This document shows positions 17,347 to 31,268 of a stretch of 32,000 nucleotides of DNA, piece after piece (the stretch's first letter is position 1; each line of letters opens with the position of its first letter). Location: positions 150,001 through 182,000 of the forward strand of contig NW_008806281.1 in NCBI RefSeq assembly GCF_000400465.1. Direction: 5' to 3'. A program made the translations under genes and the position numbers. This stretch comes from Wallemia ichthyophaga EXF-994 (taxonomy: Eukaryota; Fungi; Basidiomycota). The notes beneath the pieces were generated by a model. It searched no databases. It was given only the letters and a program-made list of their open reading frames with translations, and was not told where the DNA came from.

Positions 17347-19170
17347 TCATCTTCTTCCCGCCTTTGACGGTGTCTGGGTATGATGTGTTTTGCTGCTTCG
17401 CGGTGTGTCACTGATCATGATCTTTTTCATCATGGGCGTAAGCCCTGAGCGATCACCTGACAACAGAGACCGCGTTTTTCGTTCATCTGCCAGCGTCTCC
17501 TCGATTCTCCTCCTACGGTTATCGTTGCGCTGTGATGGCGTCATCTGCATTCTCGATGCGCTTGGTGTGTAAGTGCCCCTATTCTTGCTCATCCCACTGC
17601 CTGTCGGCGTCAGTGGCAATGGCTGTGTTTCTTTGCGACTCTTCGCAGGCGCTGTGCGCATCCCATCAATTATCGTCGTCCGTCTAGGTGGTGTCACGTT
17701 CCGACTCTTGCGCGCTGACATTGGTGCAGATAGCTGTTGGTGTTGTTTTGACTGTGGTTTCTTGAACAATTGCTCCTCACTCTCCTGGCGCAGTTTAATC
17801 GCTTTGACGCGTCGAGTGAGCTCATCATCCTCACTACTCTCACTACTTTCACTACTCTCGCTGGCTCTGCTTGCCAAGTTGAAATTAACCTTCTGTTTCG
17901 GTCTTGGTTTCCCTTTCCCCTTGTGGGATGAGCGCGAGGTGAGCGTCTTGCCTATATCTTTGTCGCTTTCCGATGGGTTGCTGTTACTGCTACTACTGCC
18001 ACTGCTACTGCTGCTCAGTGTCATGCTGCGCCTGTCACGCGGACGCATTCTTCTGTCTCTCTTCCTCTTCTCCCTCAGCGCTCTCTGCTTTGCACTGTCA
18101 TCTGTTAGCTCCTCTTCATCACTGCGCCCGTCCATCGCATATTTCTCTTCTTTGTATTTCCAGAAAGCGTCAAAACTGGTGTCGCCATTGTCGTCATTCG
18201 CAGTGCGATACTCGTTCTTCTTCACCGCAGCTGAGTTTTGGTCGTTGTCACTGTCACTGTCGCTTTCATTACTGCTGCTGTAGCTTTGCCAAGCGGATAG
18301 TCTGTCGTGTGGCAAACCCTCATCACTACCGTCCTCGTCCTCGCTCTCACTCGAAGACAATTCGATCGTCTTGATGTGCTTCGTTGCGCCTCTTACTACG
18401 CTGCCATCTGAGCTGGGAGATGTGTTTCCAATTGTATTCTGCGCCATGTTCCTCTGTACTGAAGATCTTCTACGTTTGCTGGTTGTCGATTGACCTGCAC
18501 GAGCTGTAAAGCGGTAATGTCAGAGTCAGAAGTCAAAAAAAGGAAGGAGTCAGTACTCACACCCACCCATACGCATACCCTTTCTCACGCCCGCATTCTC
18601 CTTGTCATCACTACCACTCAAATCATGCCATTCTGCATCGCTCTCTGAGAAATCAATCACCGTCGGCAAGCCCCTGCTTTTTCTATCGCGGTAGTAAGGT
18701 TCGTGATCGGCGTGTAGCTCCCGATCAGCGCGCAGAAACGCATCAAGATCTTCCTGGTCTCTTTGAGAGCGCTGCTGGTGTATTAGTGCCTGGTGCTGCT
18801 CGAGCAGCTCGCGTTCATGCTCGCTATCCTCGTCTGACGCTCCAGAGTCATCTGTCGCATCACCACCGTCTACACCACCGAATACGAGGTTAGAGTCAAG
18901 CCCGCGTATGTGACCGCGGTCCGAAATTAGCTCGCCTGTTAGTATATCCACTTCATCATCTTCTGCTGCATCTATGTTGCCGTATTTCAACGCTAGCATG
19001 TCCCACGTCTCGCCTAGTTTGAGATTAGAGATGTAGCGCTTGAATGTCACCGCGTCATCCCCGTTGTCCTTGTCGTCCCTGTTGTCACCCGCGTTGCCAT
19101 CGTCAGGTGTGAGATGCTGTGGGGGAATATAATCCTTTCCGTTAAATGGACGTGGAAAGTAGGAAGACAT
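17347..19170 (-). CDS. SCM3: Scm3-domain protein (CENP-A chaperone) with a long disordered C-terminus
   Basis: LKLGETWDMLALKYG...DDEVDILTGELISDRGHIRGL matches the Scm3 motif. An intron ending at 18504 (donor 18560 or 18578) joins the two track ORFs in frame. Confidence 0.75.
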
Positions 19171-19254
19171 ATAAAAATATAAAATTAAGTCAATTTATAT
19201 CTCTCTTCAATATCACCTCAATGATGGTTGTCCTAAACGTCGAGAGCGCTGAAT

Positions 19255-19641
19255 ATGCCAGGCCCCTCCAGGAGAAGCAGGACAGGCGCGTCTAAAAGAG
19301 ATATCCACAGAGCATCGAGAACCAAAGCCCGCACTAAGGATCTCGACCAGGTCCAGCTACAAGATTTGCTGCCTGAGAATAAAGCAAAATTGGAGAACCA
19401 GCCTCTGGACGAAAGTTTGCCTGGATTAGGACAGCACTACTGCGTTGAATGCGCTAGATACTTTGAATCTGACGTCTCTCTGTCCGCGCACCAAAAGACA
19501 AAAGTTCACAGAAGACGTCTCAAGAATCTCAAGGAACCTGCTTACACCCAGGCTGAGGCAGACGCTGCTGTCGGTTTGGGCGTCGATAAAACTCAACGAA
19601 ACTCAACTAAGCCACAGTCGATTGAAGTTGATCACAATTAG
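19255..19641 (+). CDS. BUD20: Bud20/ZNF593 C2H2 zinc-finger 60S biogenesis factor
   Basis: RTKDLDQV, LPGLGQHYCVECARYF, HQKTKVHRRRLKNLKEPAYTQAEADAA. Confidence 0.95.
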   Translation: MPGPSRRSRTGASKRDIHRASRTKARTKDLDQVQLQDLLPENKAKLENQPLDESLPGLGQHYCVECARYFESDVSLSAHQKTKVHRRRLKNLKEPAYTQAEADAAVGLGVDKTQRNSTKPQSIEVDHN

Positions 19642-19751
19642 CCACGGACCTTGTATCTATCACACAGATTTTATGTATCTATAGATTATTTATGCAAACA
19701 AGAATAAATTGAAAAAGCCCTTAAAAAGAATAATTTCGCCTTTACTCAAAC

Positions 19752-22700
19752 TTAAAGACATGAGTTATCGTAGAAGTTGGTTCCGTGTGTTGTTGGTTTC
19801 ACAACTCCTTGTCTGATAACGAAATCACCGAATCCCTCATTTTCCAGCCTCTCAAGCGCGTACTGCTTGATCAATGGGCTGAGTATGTCTAATATCTCTG
19901 GCTCGGTTACCGACTCCTTGAATGGCTTCGCCAATCGTGTTCCGTCAGATGCTCCACCCAATAACATCAAATATGTTCCAGGAGCCCTACCCACGAATGC
20001 TATTTCTCCCATCCATGGTCGAGAGCATCCGTTTGGACATCCAGACATTCTCATCACTATCATGTCGTTCCTCAATCCATTCTTCTCCATGATATTCTCC
20101 ACCTTTCCAACTAACATAGGCAAGTAACGCTCCGATTCCGCCATTGCTAATCCACAAGTTGGTAACGCAACACACGCTGATGAAGACAATCTCAATCCTG
20201 TATAGGTCAAGATATCTAACTTATACTTGTGAAGCAGGTTCTTTATCTCCTCGAGCTGTGAATCCTCAACATCTGAAATTATCAAATGTTGGTTGGCTGT
20301 GAGACGGAATGTACCCTTGTGAATCTTTGCTATTTCACGCAGCCCGGTCTTGTATTGAAGACCATCGATTTCATCTTGGATACGACCGTTTTCCTAAAGG
20401 ATCCAATTAGCATGTCTAATCTTGCAACACTAATACTCACAATAAACATGGTAAAGTGCCACTTTCCATCCTGACCCTGAGCCCATCCATACCTATCGAT
20501 GTTCGAGTCAAACTTGTATGGACGACTCTCTTCCAATTTGTAACCGAGGTATTCATGGAGCTTGCCAACGAATCCAGGTAATGTCAAGTTGTCGATGGTG
20601 TACTTCAGACGAGCATTCTTGCGGTTCTCACGGTTACCATAGTCGCGTTGAACCAACATGATCTTCTCAGCGACGTCGTTGATCTTGTTTGGTGGCACAA
20701 ATCCAATGACATCACCAAGACGTGGATATGTTTTCTTGTTTGAGTGTGTAACACCCATACCACCACTGTGAGCACTGTTAGCGTTTTCTAAAATCTTGTC
20801 TCAACACTCACCCTATCGCAACGTTGAAACCTTCAAGTTGTTGACTTCTCTCATTTACAATCGCAATGAAACCAACATCATTTGCAAAGACATCAACATC
20901 GTTGTGAGGTGGAATAGCAATAGCGATCTTAAACTTTCTTGGCAGGTAGTATGGAGTGTACAATGGCTCCTGATCGACGACAGATTCACCTGCAATCTTC
21001 TTGCCATCTAACCAAATCTCACGGTATGCTGAGGTCTGCGGCAAGAGGTGATCACTCAGTCCCTTAGCAGCTTCGTGCACAACAGCGTGCAAATGCGAGA
21101 ATGTGGGATTGGCCGATGCCAATACGTTTCTGTTGACATCACCACATGCAGCAATAGTATCCAAGGCTGTCTTATTGATTGCTTGCATTGTTGCCTTCAA
21201 GTTACGCTTGATCACACCGTGGAATTGGAATGTTTGTCTTGTAGTAATCTTCATCGACTTATTGGCATACTCATCACCAATCCTGTCAAATGCCAACCAT
21301 TGTGGACCGTTACAAACACCTGCTGGCATACGCACTCTAATCATGAAACTGTATGCTGGCTCCAGCCCTTCATTCTTTCTATCCTCTCTGATATCACGGT
21401 CATCTTGCATATAGGTACCGTGGAACTTGGTCAATTGTGTATCGGCCTCGGCGATAGCCCCAGTAGACTCATCCTCAAGTCCTTGTTCAATTGTACCGCG
21501 GAGGAAGTTGGATGCAATCTTGATGTGCTCATTTGTAACTGGTTCCGGTTCCTTTTCAGTGACTTCGACATCGTCGACACCTAACGCCTTCCACAGCTTT
21601 GGTTCCCAGATCTTGTAACCCGTCTGTGGACCATCTGGATCTTGGTCGTCACCCAATCCAAGGTCGGCAAAACGTGTAGCGCCAAGCTTCTCAAGACGTG
21701 CATCCAAGTCCTTTCCAGGACGATTGTAGAAGTGTGCATCTTCGATTCTTGGCCAATAGTGAGAGTCACCCATACCAAACACACTGAACTTGACGTCATT
21801 CAATGTCTTGAAAACATCAGCTTGTCCGAGCAAGGTGGCCGTGGTCTTGAAAAAGTTTCTTCCGTTTTGTGGTGGCTCACCCTGACCAGCTGTTGAAGAA
21901 ACAAAGACAACGTTTTTCTCGAGCTTCATATCCTCAAATGGGAAGTCATCCATAGCCAAAACTCTAGCAGCAACTCCGCGCAGCTTAGCGCGAGTAGCGA
22001 TGCGCTTAGCAACCTTCTCAGCGTTACCACCGTCAGAAGCAAACAATACGAGCAATGGTGGACCATCCATGTTACCGAGAAGTGAGTCCAATGCTTGCTG
22101 TGCCTTCTTCTTTTGAGCATCCTTCAAACCTTGTCCCTCTGAGCCAACAAGCTGTGGTGCAAGCTGTGGCTTGGATTGAACAAAGTTAGCTAAATGGTTT
22201 TGGCGATCGAGGAAGCTCTTGAGGTCTTCTTTGATACGCTCAGAGTCGAGTGAGAACATGTTGTTGGTTTCTTTTGCTGGGTTCCAACGGTATAACGGCC
22301 AGTAGCCAACGTCGACAGCTGCCTTTGTATCCTTGAGCATTTGAAGTGGAGTAGATTGCTCTGAAGTGTATGGCAAGTGAGCAAGGACAATAGATGGGCC
22401 ATCATACTTGTCAGCTTCCATCAATGCTTGGAGGACTTGGGTGTATGATGAGTACACGGCAACAGATGCGACGTAAACATCTCCGTAGTTCATTGCATAG
22501 AGACCAACATCCTTCTTGCGCTTTGATGGATCTTGGGCGTTTCTCTGATGGTATGGCAATGAATCAATAAGAAGAACGTTTATGTTCTTTCCAGATGCAA
22601 TAACTAATTGATGTCAGCAAAACTTTCAATCAATACTCGTATTCCAACTTACCATGGTGAAGCCCTGAGAATCCTACATCGTACGACCATGCATCAGATC

Positions 22701-24189
22701 CAATAATCCAACGCGATTGTGAAGTGAGCAAACTGGTATTTTCCAAAACATATCGGACCTTTGGATGAGATGGCTTTTCATTTTTTAAGATTTCAACGGC
22801 TGTGTTTGCAAGTGACTGGCTAACTTTCGAGTCATCTTTCTTAATAAGCCATTTTGAGAAAGCTTCGTGAAGTTGATTCGAAACACTGTTTGAGGAGATT
22901 AACTCAGAGATGGCACTAATGACGGACTCTCTCTTGTTGAGATTAGCGAGAGTAGAACCGAATGCAAACTCTGGTGAAGTAATGTCAAGACCCTCTGATG
23001 GTACTTGATCTGGCGAGTTGACAACAGCCAAGTTTTCACCAAAGATTTGTTCCAAGAGTTGAGTGTATGACTTTTCATGCTTAGGTACGTAAACATCGTA
23101 ATTTGCTTTAGCTGCCTCAGAGAGCTTTCCATAGAGCTGACCGTGCTCTGGTTGGTCCTTGTCGAGGTTGGAGTGAACAGATTCAACCACCGTAGCAATC
23201 TTGTCTTGACTTATAGATCCAATAACACTGGACGAAAGCTTTGGTAATTGCCTGTCTGAGGTGGTGAATGCACTGATCACGTCAACAAAAAGTGGAGCGA
23301 ATTGATCAACCTTTTTGGTAACTTGTTCGAGAACGGCAATACGCTCAACAGATGAAGGAATAAGATCAAGGAGTCGCTGATAGTCCATTGGACGGTAAGT
23401 GGTGAGTGCGAGAACTCCAATAGCAGAGTCTTTGTTGACGGAGTTGAGGAAGGCTGAAGAAGCAGAGCCAAAAGTGATAAATAAAGTGTTAGGATCTGAA
23501 GGACCAGAGTAAAAAGAGGTGCGTTGTGGTCTGCGTGTGGCGATGAGTGCCTGCAAGGCGATAGCATCAAAATTTTCGAGCTGCTTAGCAGACTTGTCTG
23601 ATGGTAAGTGAGAAACGCCATTAATACCGTTAGAAGGAGCTTTATCATTTTGGAGGAAGGTAATGATGTCTTGCTGAGAAATTTCACTAAAGTGGTCAAC
23701 GATGGAGGAATCTTCGAAGATGTGAATGACGGAGGAATTGAGCTGAGCAGCAAGCTTGGAAGCAATGAGAGAATGATCGTGAGCTTCAACTAAAGATGAA
23801 GAGTAGATGATTGGAAGACCGGAAGAGCGGAGGGTGAGTATATCGGAGAGGTCACCGGCTTGTTCAATAGACAAATTGAAGACGATTGGCTCATCGTTGA
23901 GTTGCTTAGTAAGAGTAATAATCTCGTTAATCATGTGTGGGTCTGCAAAGCCAGTGACGGAGACAGGACTTGCGCCATTGAGTGCGTGTCTAACGGCGGT
24001 GTCGATTGGCTGAGCTCTGGAATGGAGAGTGGCAATCACAGGATGATTTACAAGGCCAGTGTCATTTGCCAAAATGGAATATGATTGGTCGAATGAAGAT
24101 GGCTGGTTTGAAGGTGGCAACACAGATACCACTGTCTTCGAACTGAGATAAGTAATTCTACCAACCACCTGTGAAATTAAGGTGGCCAT
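19752..24189 (-). CDS. MET5: Assimilatory sulfite reductase beta subunit (flavodoxin plus siroheme/4Fe-4S hemoprotein domains)
   Basis: Four exons (first intron 22652..22604). Flavodoxin [53 protein letters not shown] and [12 protein letters not shown]. Confidence 0.95.
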
Positions 24190-24539
24190 CTATATACTAA
24201 TTAGCTTTTCCTTTAAATTTCAAGCTTTACTCACTTTTGACTTTGTTGGTCCAAGTTAAAGAAGCGAGTCCGCCAATCTGCATCGATGATGTGCTTCGTA
24301 GTCGTCCACTAAAATTCTTCCGATTACAATTCAGCATTTTATTAAATCTTATTAGCTATCCCGTTGTTAATGTTTTTACACTTAATTCATCTCTCTCCCG
24401 TTCCTTTCCTCATCGGTATCGTCGGTATCGTCGGAATTTTAGTTGTGTTAGCCAAATCCGAATTCAGACGTGTTTCATCAATTGGTACATGTTGCTAATC
24501 TATATTATCCAATCTACACTTTGATACCTCAGTTTAAAC

Positions 24540-25082
24540 TCAGAAACCTTGAAAATTTTATCAGTACTGTTCAATATCTCGATTCCGGCAAACTCACAGC
24601 AGTCACAATCAAATGGACATAAAGCTGTATCGCCACCTTTATCATCATCCATACCAAGCTCATCAAAGGTATACACTGAAAATCCGTCATCGGTCCTTTT
24701 TCCTGTGTATAAACGCGTTAAAAGAGTTTAAGCGTTTAAACCCTGACTCACGCCCACTAGTACCCCTAGAATCAGCAAAGTCGTCTTCTTCCTCGTCTTT
24801 CGGCTGTTTCTTCTGCTTTTCTGGTTTCTTGTCTACAGTACTCGAGCTTGTGTCGACTACAGTAATTGGTGACTGGTCCTCTTTGTCGCCTTTACCAGTA
24901 TTTACATCCTCACTAACTTTCTTTGCTTTCTTCGCCTTCTTCTTTGATGAATTTGAGTTTGGTTTGGACTGCTCTTGCTTCTTCTCATCACCCCGACTTG
25001 TACTACCGCCTGCGAATATATCATCGATCTCATTAGCTTTACGCTTCTTCTCTTGGTCGTTTCCCTTGGCTGACTTGGCCAT
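24540..25082 (-). CDS. DUF1764-family small eukaryotic protein
   Basis: EIDDIF, DFADSRG, then spliced RKRTDDGFSVYTFDELGMDDDKGGDTALCPFDCDC plus an 8-nt last exon (24547..24540) giving the CF* terminus typical of this family. Confidence 0.85.
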
Positions 25083-25114
25083 TTCACTCTCTGTTATCAA
25101 CGTTTAACGGTAAA

Positions 25115-27185
25115 ATGGATAGGAATAACAGAATCCAAAAATTAACTTCTTCAAGATTCGGTCAGAGAGCTGCAAACCTTGCCAGCTCCGCAGGTACTTA
25201 TATCGCTTCAAAGGACTATCCACAGCTCGCGAAATCCTTTTACTCATCTGCATCACAAAACGCAAGCGATTTACTCGGATACACAAATGATCCTAACACA
25301 GTTATTGAGGGTACTGATACAATCACCGTCTTCCCAGGCTGGGCTGTCGAGAAAGCTGAAGAATCTGTATACAAACTCCAACTCAGCGGCTACGCGTCCT
25401 GTCTGAGAAGCATCGATAAAGCAACACGATCCCAGCGGGCTTTCATGAAGCTCGCAAGATCATTCGCTGCACTTCCCCCTCTCCCCAACACTACTGCTTC
25501 GTCACAGGAGACATTCAGCAGCGTCGAGGAGGAATTGGAGGAGTTAGAGGCAAGCAATATACCCAAATCTGAACAAGAACAGATTCAACTTGAGCTCAAG
25601 GCTGAGTCGGCTCGTACAGGTGGCTCTAATACTGCTCCTGGTCGCTGGAACGAACAGCCCAGAGTTGCGAATATGATGAAGCCTCAGCAACTAGAAAGAC
25701 AACAAGCTAGCGTACCAAGTATACCTCTTGAAAAGTTGCACACTATGCATGCAAATATGAGTGAGTCGCTCTACCACTCCTCAGTATGCCATCTTACGTC
25801 AATCTTCAGATAAGCGTCTGCAGCCATTCTGGTCCTCTATATTACCCAATAGAATCTTGAAACTCAACGTGTATGCTGTTTGGGGTACTCCTGTCGACAG
25901 GACGGTTGACGAAGTGCCCGAAGCTAAACCGGTCGCCACTACACAAGTAAGAACGAATCAACAAGGCCATTTTGAATATGTGTTTAACATAGTGGGTCGG
26001 ATACTAAATTTGTTTAGCTCTTCTTATAATTCACAGAAAATAGACAACATCCGGAGACCTTCTTGGGTTAAAGATCCATATCAAAAGCCCATAGAGCTGA
26101 AAATCCAGGTAGACCTTCTCCCTCAGATGCTTGACTACAGTTTACGCCCAGGCATAGTACCAACTCCTGACTCAGTTGCCGACGTAACAGCCAGTCAGAT
26201 ACTCCATGTAAAGCTGTCTTCCGATCGTGGCATACGAGTGATATCAGACCTCGACGATACAGTCAGGACGACGGAAATTTTCAACGGGGTCAGAGCCATG
26301 TTCCGCAACGTCTTTGTCAACGATGAAAAAGAAATGGTTATACCAGATATCGTCAACTGGTACAATAACATGTATAAGCAGGGCATAGCAGGGTTTCACT
26401 ATGTGTCTAATTCTCCCTATGAGGCATTCTCAGCAATTAACGACTTTTTCAATATTTCTAATCTCCCACATGGTCATTTCAAGCTCAAGTATTATGGCGG
26501 AAAGTCTCTGCTCGGTGGCTTGTGGGAACCGGCTGCGGAGAGGAAACGAGCAGGTGTGATTGAAATATTGAATGAATTCAAACTTTGCCAGTTTATTCTT
26601 GTCGGAGATAGCGGTGAACAGGATTTGGAGCTGTATTCATCTTTGGCGAGAGAGCGACCTAACCAGATACTGGCAGTCTTTATAAGAGACGTGACAACAC
26701 CAAACGACAAAGATATAAGTAAGGAGAGTACAGGGACGTCTTCTGAGGACGTGTTAATACCACCAGTCCCACCACCGCGAAGCACAAAGCCAGATCTACC
26801 ACCTATGTCACATATACCACCTATAGCACCGAAAGAAAACACTTGCCAGACGAAGAAACCCCCGCCACCGCCTGTGCCTCCTAAACCTTCACTCACACCA
26901 CAGACACATTTGGCGCCAAAGCTTCCATCTAGAAGTGAGACAACGCCATCGTCTTCAATTCGGTCGAAGCCATCATCTATCACTCTTCTGGGCAGTGACA
27001 GCGAACCAATAGAGTTTGAAGCTTATGACGCCGCAGAAGCAAAATTAATGAAACGCATTGATAATTTCATGATGAGATTGGAAAAAGCAAAGATGGAGAT
27101 ACCTGCGCAAGTCATCTTTTGCGTATTTAAAGATGCAAGAGAGGTTGAATCTATAACGGAGACCTTACTCGCAGCTCAAAGATAG
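25115..27185 (+). CDS. APP1: APP1-like phosphatidate phosphatase (DUF2183)
   Basis: ISDLDDTV (DxDxT) motif, FHYVSNSP, LVGDSGEQDLELY and a Pro-rich tail. Intron 25761..25809 joins the two track ORFs. Confidence 0.85.
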
Positions 27186-27315
27186 ACTTACAACGGTTTT
27201 ATAAGCTAACGACATAACGCACAATTTGTATCTGTAGCAATAATTTATTTAATGTTCTTTGCAATTTATTTGAATGACGAATAAATATAATAATACAATA
27301 GAGCTAAAGGTTCAA

Positions 27316-28675
27316 CTAAGCTTCTTCGATTCCACCGACACCCAGTGCATATGTAGCTTCAGTTTCCTAGACAATATGAGCTTAATAATACATCGCCTCA
27401 TTATACTTACAGGTAAGTCTGGTGAATCTGACAACTTTGCAATGCGCTCGTTGCCTCTGCCTTTGCGAAGATAGATGCGTGTTGTGGATGCATGACCGAG
27501 AACGTGACCCCCGACAGGTTTTTTGTCGGCTGCTGCAAATGTCGTCATGGCGCCAGGATCAGCTTGTACGTGATTAGAGATAAGAATCGCGACGTTGAAT
27601 TCTTCAGCGAGTCTAATCAGACGTGTCAAATGCTATTATGCGACTACGTCAGCTTTGAACCACTAATCAGACTAACGACGCACCTGATTCAGTTTTTGCT
27701 GGCGCTCAGAAAGTTCCCCTCGGCCGCTGTAATCGGTTCTGAATAGCGCAAGAATCGAGTCGACAACGACCAGCTGAGAATCATGTCAATTTGCTACGCT
27801 AGCTTGTAGCTTTACTCACTCTGTAGATGCCACCCTCGTCAGCCATTTTAGCTGCCAGAGTGTTCAGCAAGTCCATCTGTCTACTCAAGGTAAGAGTTTA
27901 CATTAAATTAAGAGTCGCACATACTGCTCTGAATTGAATGCGCGCGCAACAGTGATATTATCAAGAGCTGCCTCCTCATCCATGTTAAATCTTGCCGCAA
28001 TTGACCTGATCCTGTCTGGACGGAAAGTGCCTTCGGTGTCAATGTAGGCAGCTTTACCACTAGCGCCGCCCATGTCTTGGGGCAACTGAACAGTAACGCA
28101 AGCAGTGTGGCAGAGTTGAGTTTTTCCTGTTCTGAATTCACCATATACCTCTGTTATGGCTTGTGATTGAACACCTGCTATACAGGTGGTGAGTATAGGT
28201 GCGAAAGACGACCAAACGCACCCCCAAGAATAGCGTCGAATGCTTTCGAGCCAGTGGAGATGTTGCATATGCTTTCACGCTTCTTAGCGACCTCTGCAGC
28301 GGTTAAGAAACCAGTCTTTGAGCACTTCTGAGCGGCTTCCTTGATCTTCTCGACTTTAACCTCGGAAAGACCCTAGCTTGATTGTGAGTATGTAGATAGC
28401 AGTTAGTATTGAAGCTATCTGCCTTGATTTTGAGCAATTGACGACGAGTAACTTGCAAAACGGCCATAACGGTGCTAATTCCGCCGTTGCGCAGTTTAGT
28501 GATATCAGCAGCATTGATATTGTACTGCTGGAGCGTATCAATGTGATCAAAAGTAGTCTCTGGTGCTTGCTAAGAGATGAGCGTTAGAGATGGAGATGAC
28601 TAGAGATCTTCAAAGATGCTCTACATTTTCATTAAGAACTTCTGATTGGTCAACGACTGAAGGTGTTTGTGACAT
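27316..28675 (-). CDS. DMC1: Meiotic recombinase Dmc1
   Basis: Multi-exon frame reconstructed from MSQTPS to GGIEEA*. Walker [51 protein letters not shown] and [22 protein letters not shown] and ERxAKL-DSPD favour Dmc1 over Rad51. Confidence 0.88.
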
Positions 28676-28745
28676 GCTTTGAATAATTTATTTCGTTTTG
28701 TTGGTGGACGTTGGTTATAAACCTCCTCAGAAATATACATCGAAC

Positions 28746-30329
<1,584 letters not shown>

Positions 30330-30419
30330 ATATAAAATCTGATTATGATTAAGTTATATGTGTATAAAATACAATAAATAATGCAAAAGTTAGCTTTCTA
30401 TATATATGGTACGTAAAGG

Positions 30420-31224
30420 CTAGGATTGACCATTTGTTTGCCTATATTCTTTCAGTATTTGATGCACGGCAACAGAGTTTCGAATGTTTTCATCAGCGAG
30501 CTTCTCAAAAGCTTCCGTGACGCGTTTATATGCTGCTTCTAGATCCGCTGTTCTGGTGGTAGTGTTGTTGGGAAGATTGAATTGACTTGAATAATTATCA
30601 TCATCATCGAAACCTCTCATACTCATTCTAGCAGGCGGTCGTTGTGGGTAGCCTTCTTGGGAATATGACGGGCTAGCTGAATGATTCATGTAGTCATCCA
30701 AAACAGATTCAGTCTGTCTGTCTCTATCTTTCATTTTGAGTGTATCTCGTCGATTGTCGATATCATCAAGTGCTTTTTCTTCTTCAGTATCGGTGACTTG
30801 ATCAAGCTCCTTTCGCACACGCTTAAACCAAAGCGGATCGGCGTTCTTATGTGCGTCTTTGGATTTCAAGAGATTCCGTAGTACTTCAATGTCGTTGTCG
30901 CTGTTCTCTTCAAATACCTTTAATTGTTGAGTATGGCTATGGTTGCTGCTCGTACCCTCCACTTGATAGTTGAGTTGATCTCTCTGATGCTGTAAAACCA
31001 GGATACGCCTTCTCATCAAACGCTCTCTACTGTCGAATTCTTGTAGAGTATCTCTTACGAGGACTGCAAGATTTTTAAGCTCGTTTGCATTAGGATAATC
31101 TGAGCGTGATTGGGTTAGTTGATTTGTGGGTAAAGCTTATTAACGTACTAGCGAAATTATTCTTTAAAATTTCAATCTCCTTGCGAAGGTTGCTGTTCTC
31201 CTCAATCACTCTCTTTATCTCCAT
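30420..31224 (-). CDS. Hypothetical coiled-coil protein
   Basis: ATG at 31224 (MEIKRVIEEN...) and a GTACGT...CTCAG intron join in frame to the track ORF 30420..31019. No domain recognised. Confidence 0.65.
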
Positions 31225-31268
31225 TTGTTATGATGTGATGATGGAAAAGGTGGAACAAGGGAATATGT

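Noticed and set aside
17573-18283. 236-aa Leu/Ser-rich plus-strand ORF resembling a membrane protein
   Set aside because: Antisense mirror of the Glu/Lys/Ser-rich SCM3 tail. The same applies to 16065..16538, 21048..21584, 24613..25107 and 26492..26983.
6210-24189. Functional gene cluster (THR1 with MET5; or SGT1, SCM3, DMC1 and RVB1 as a chromosome-biology cluster)
   Set aside because: The genes are interspersed with unrelated housekeeping genes; this is expected by chance at about one gene per 1.2 kb.
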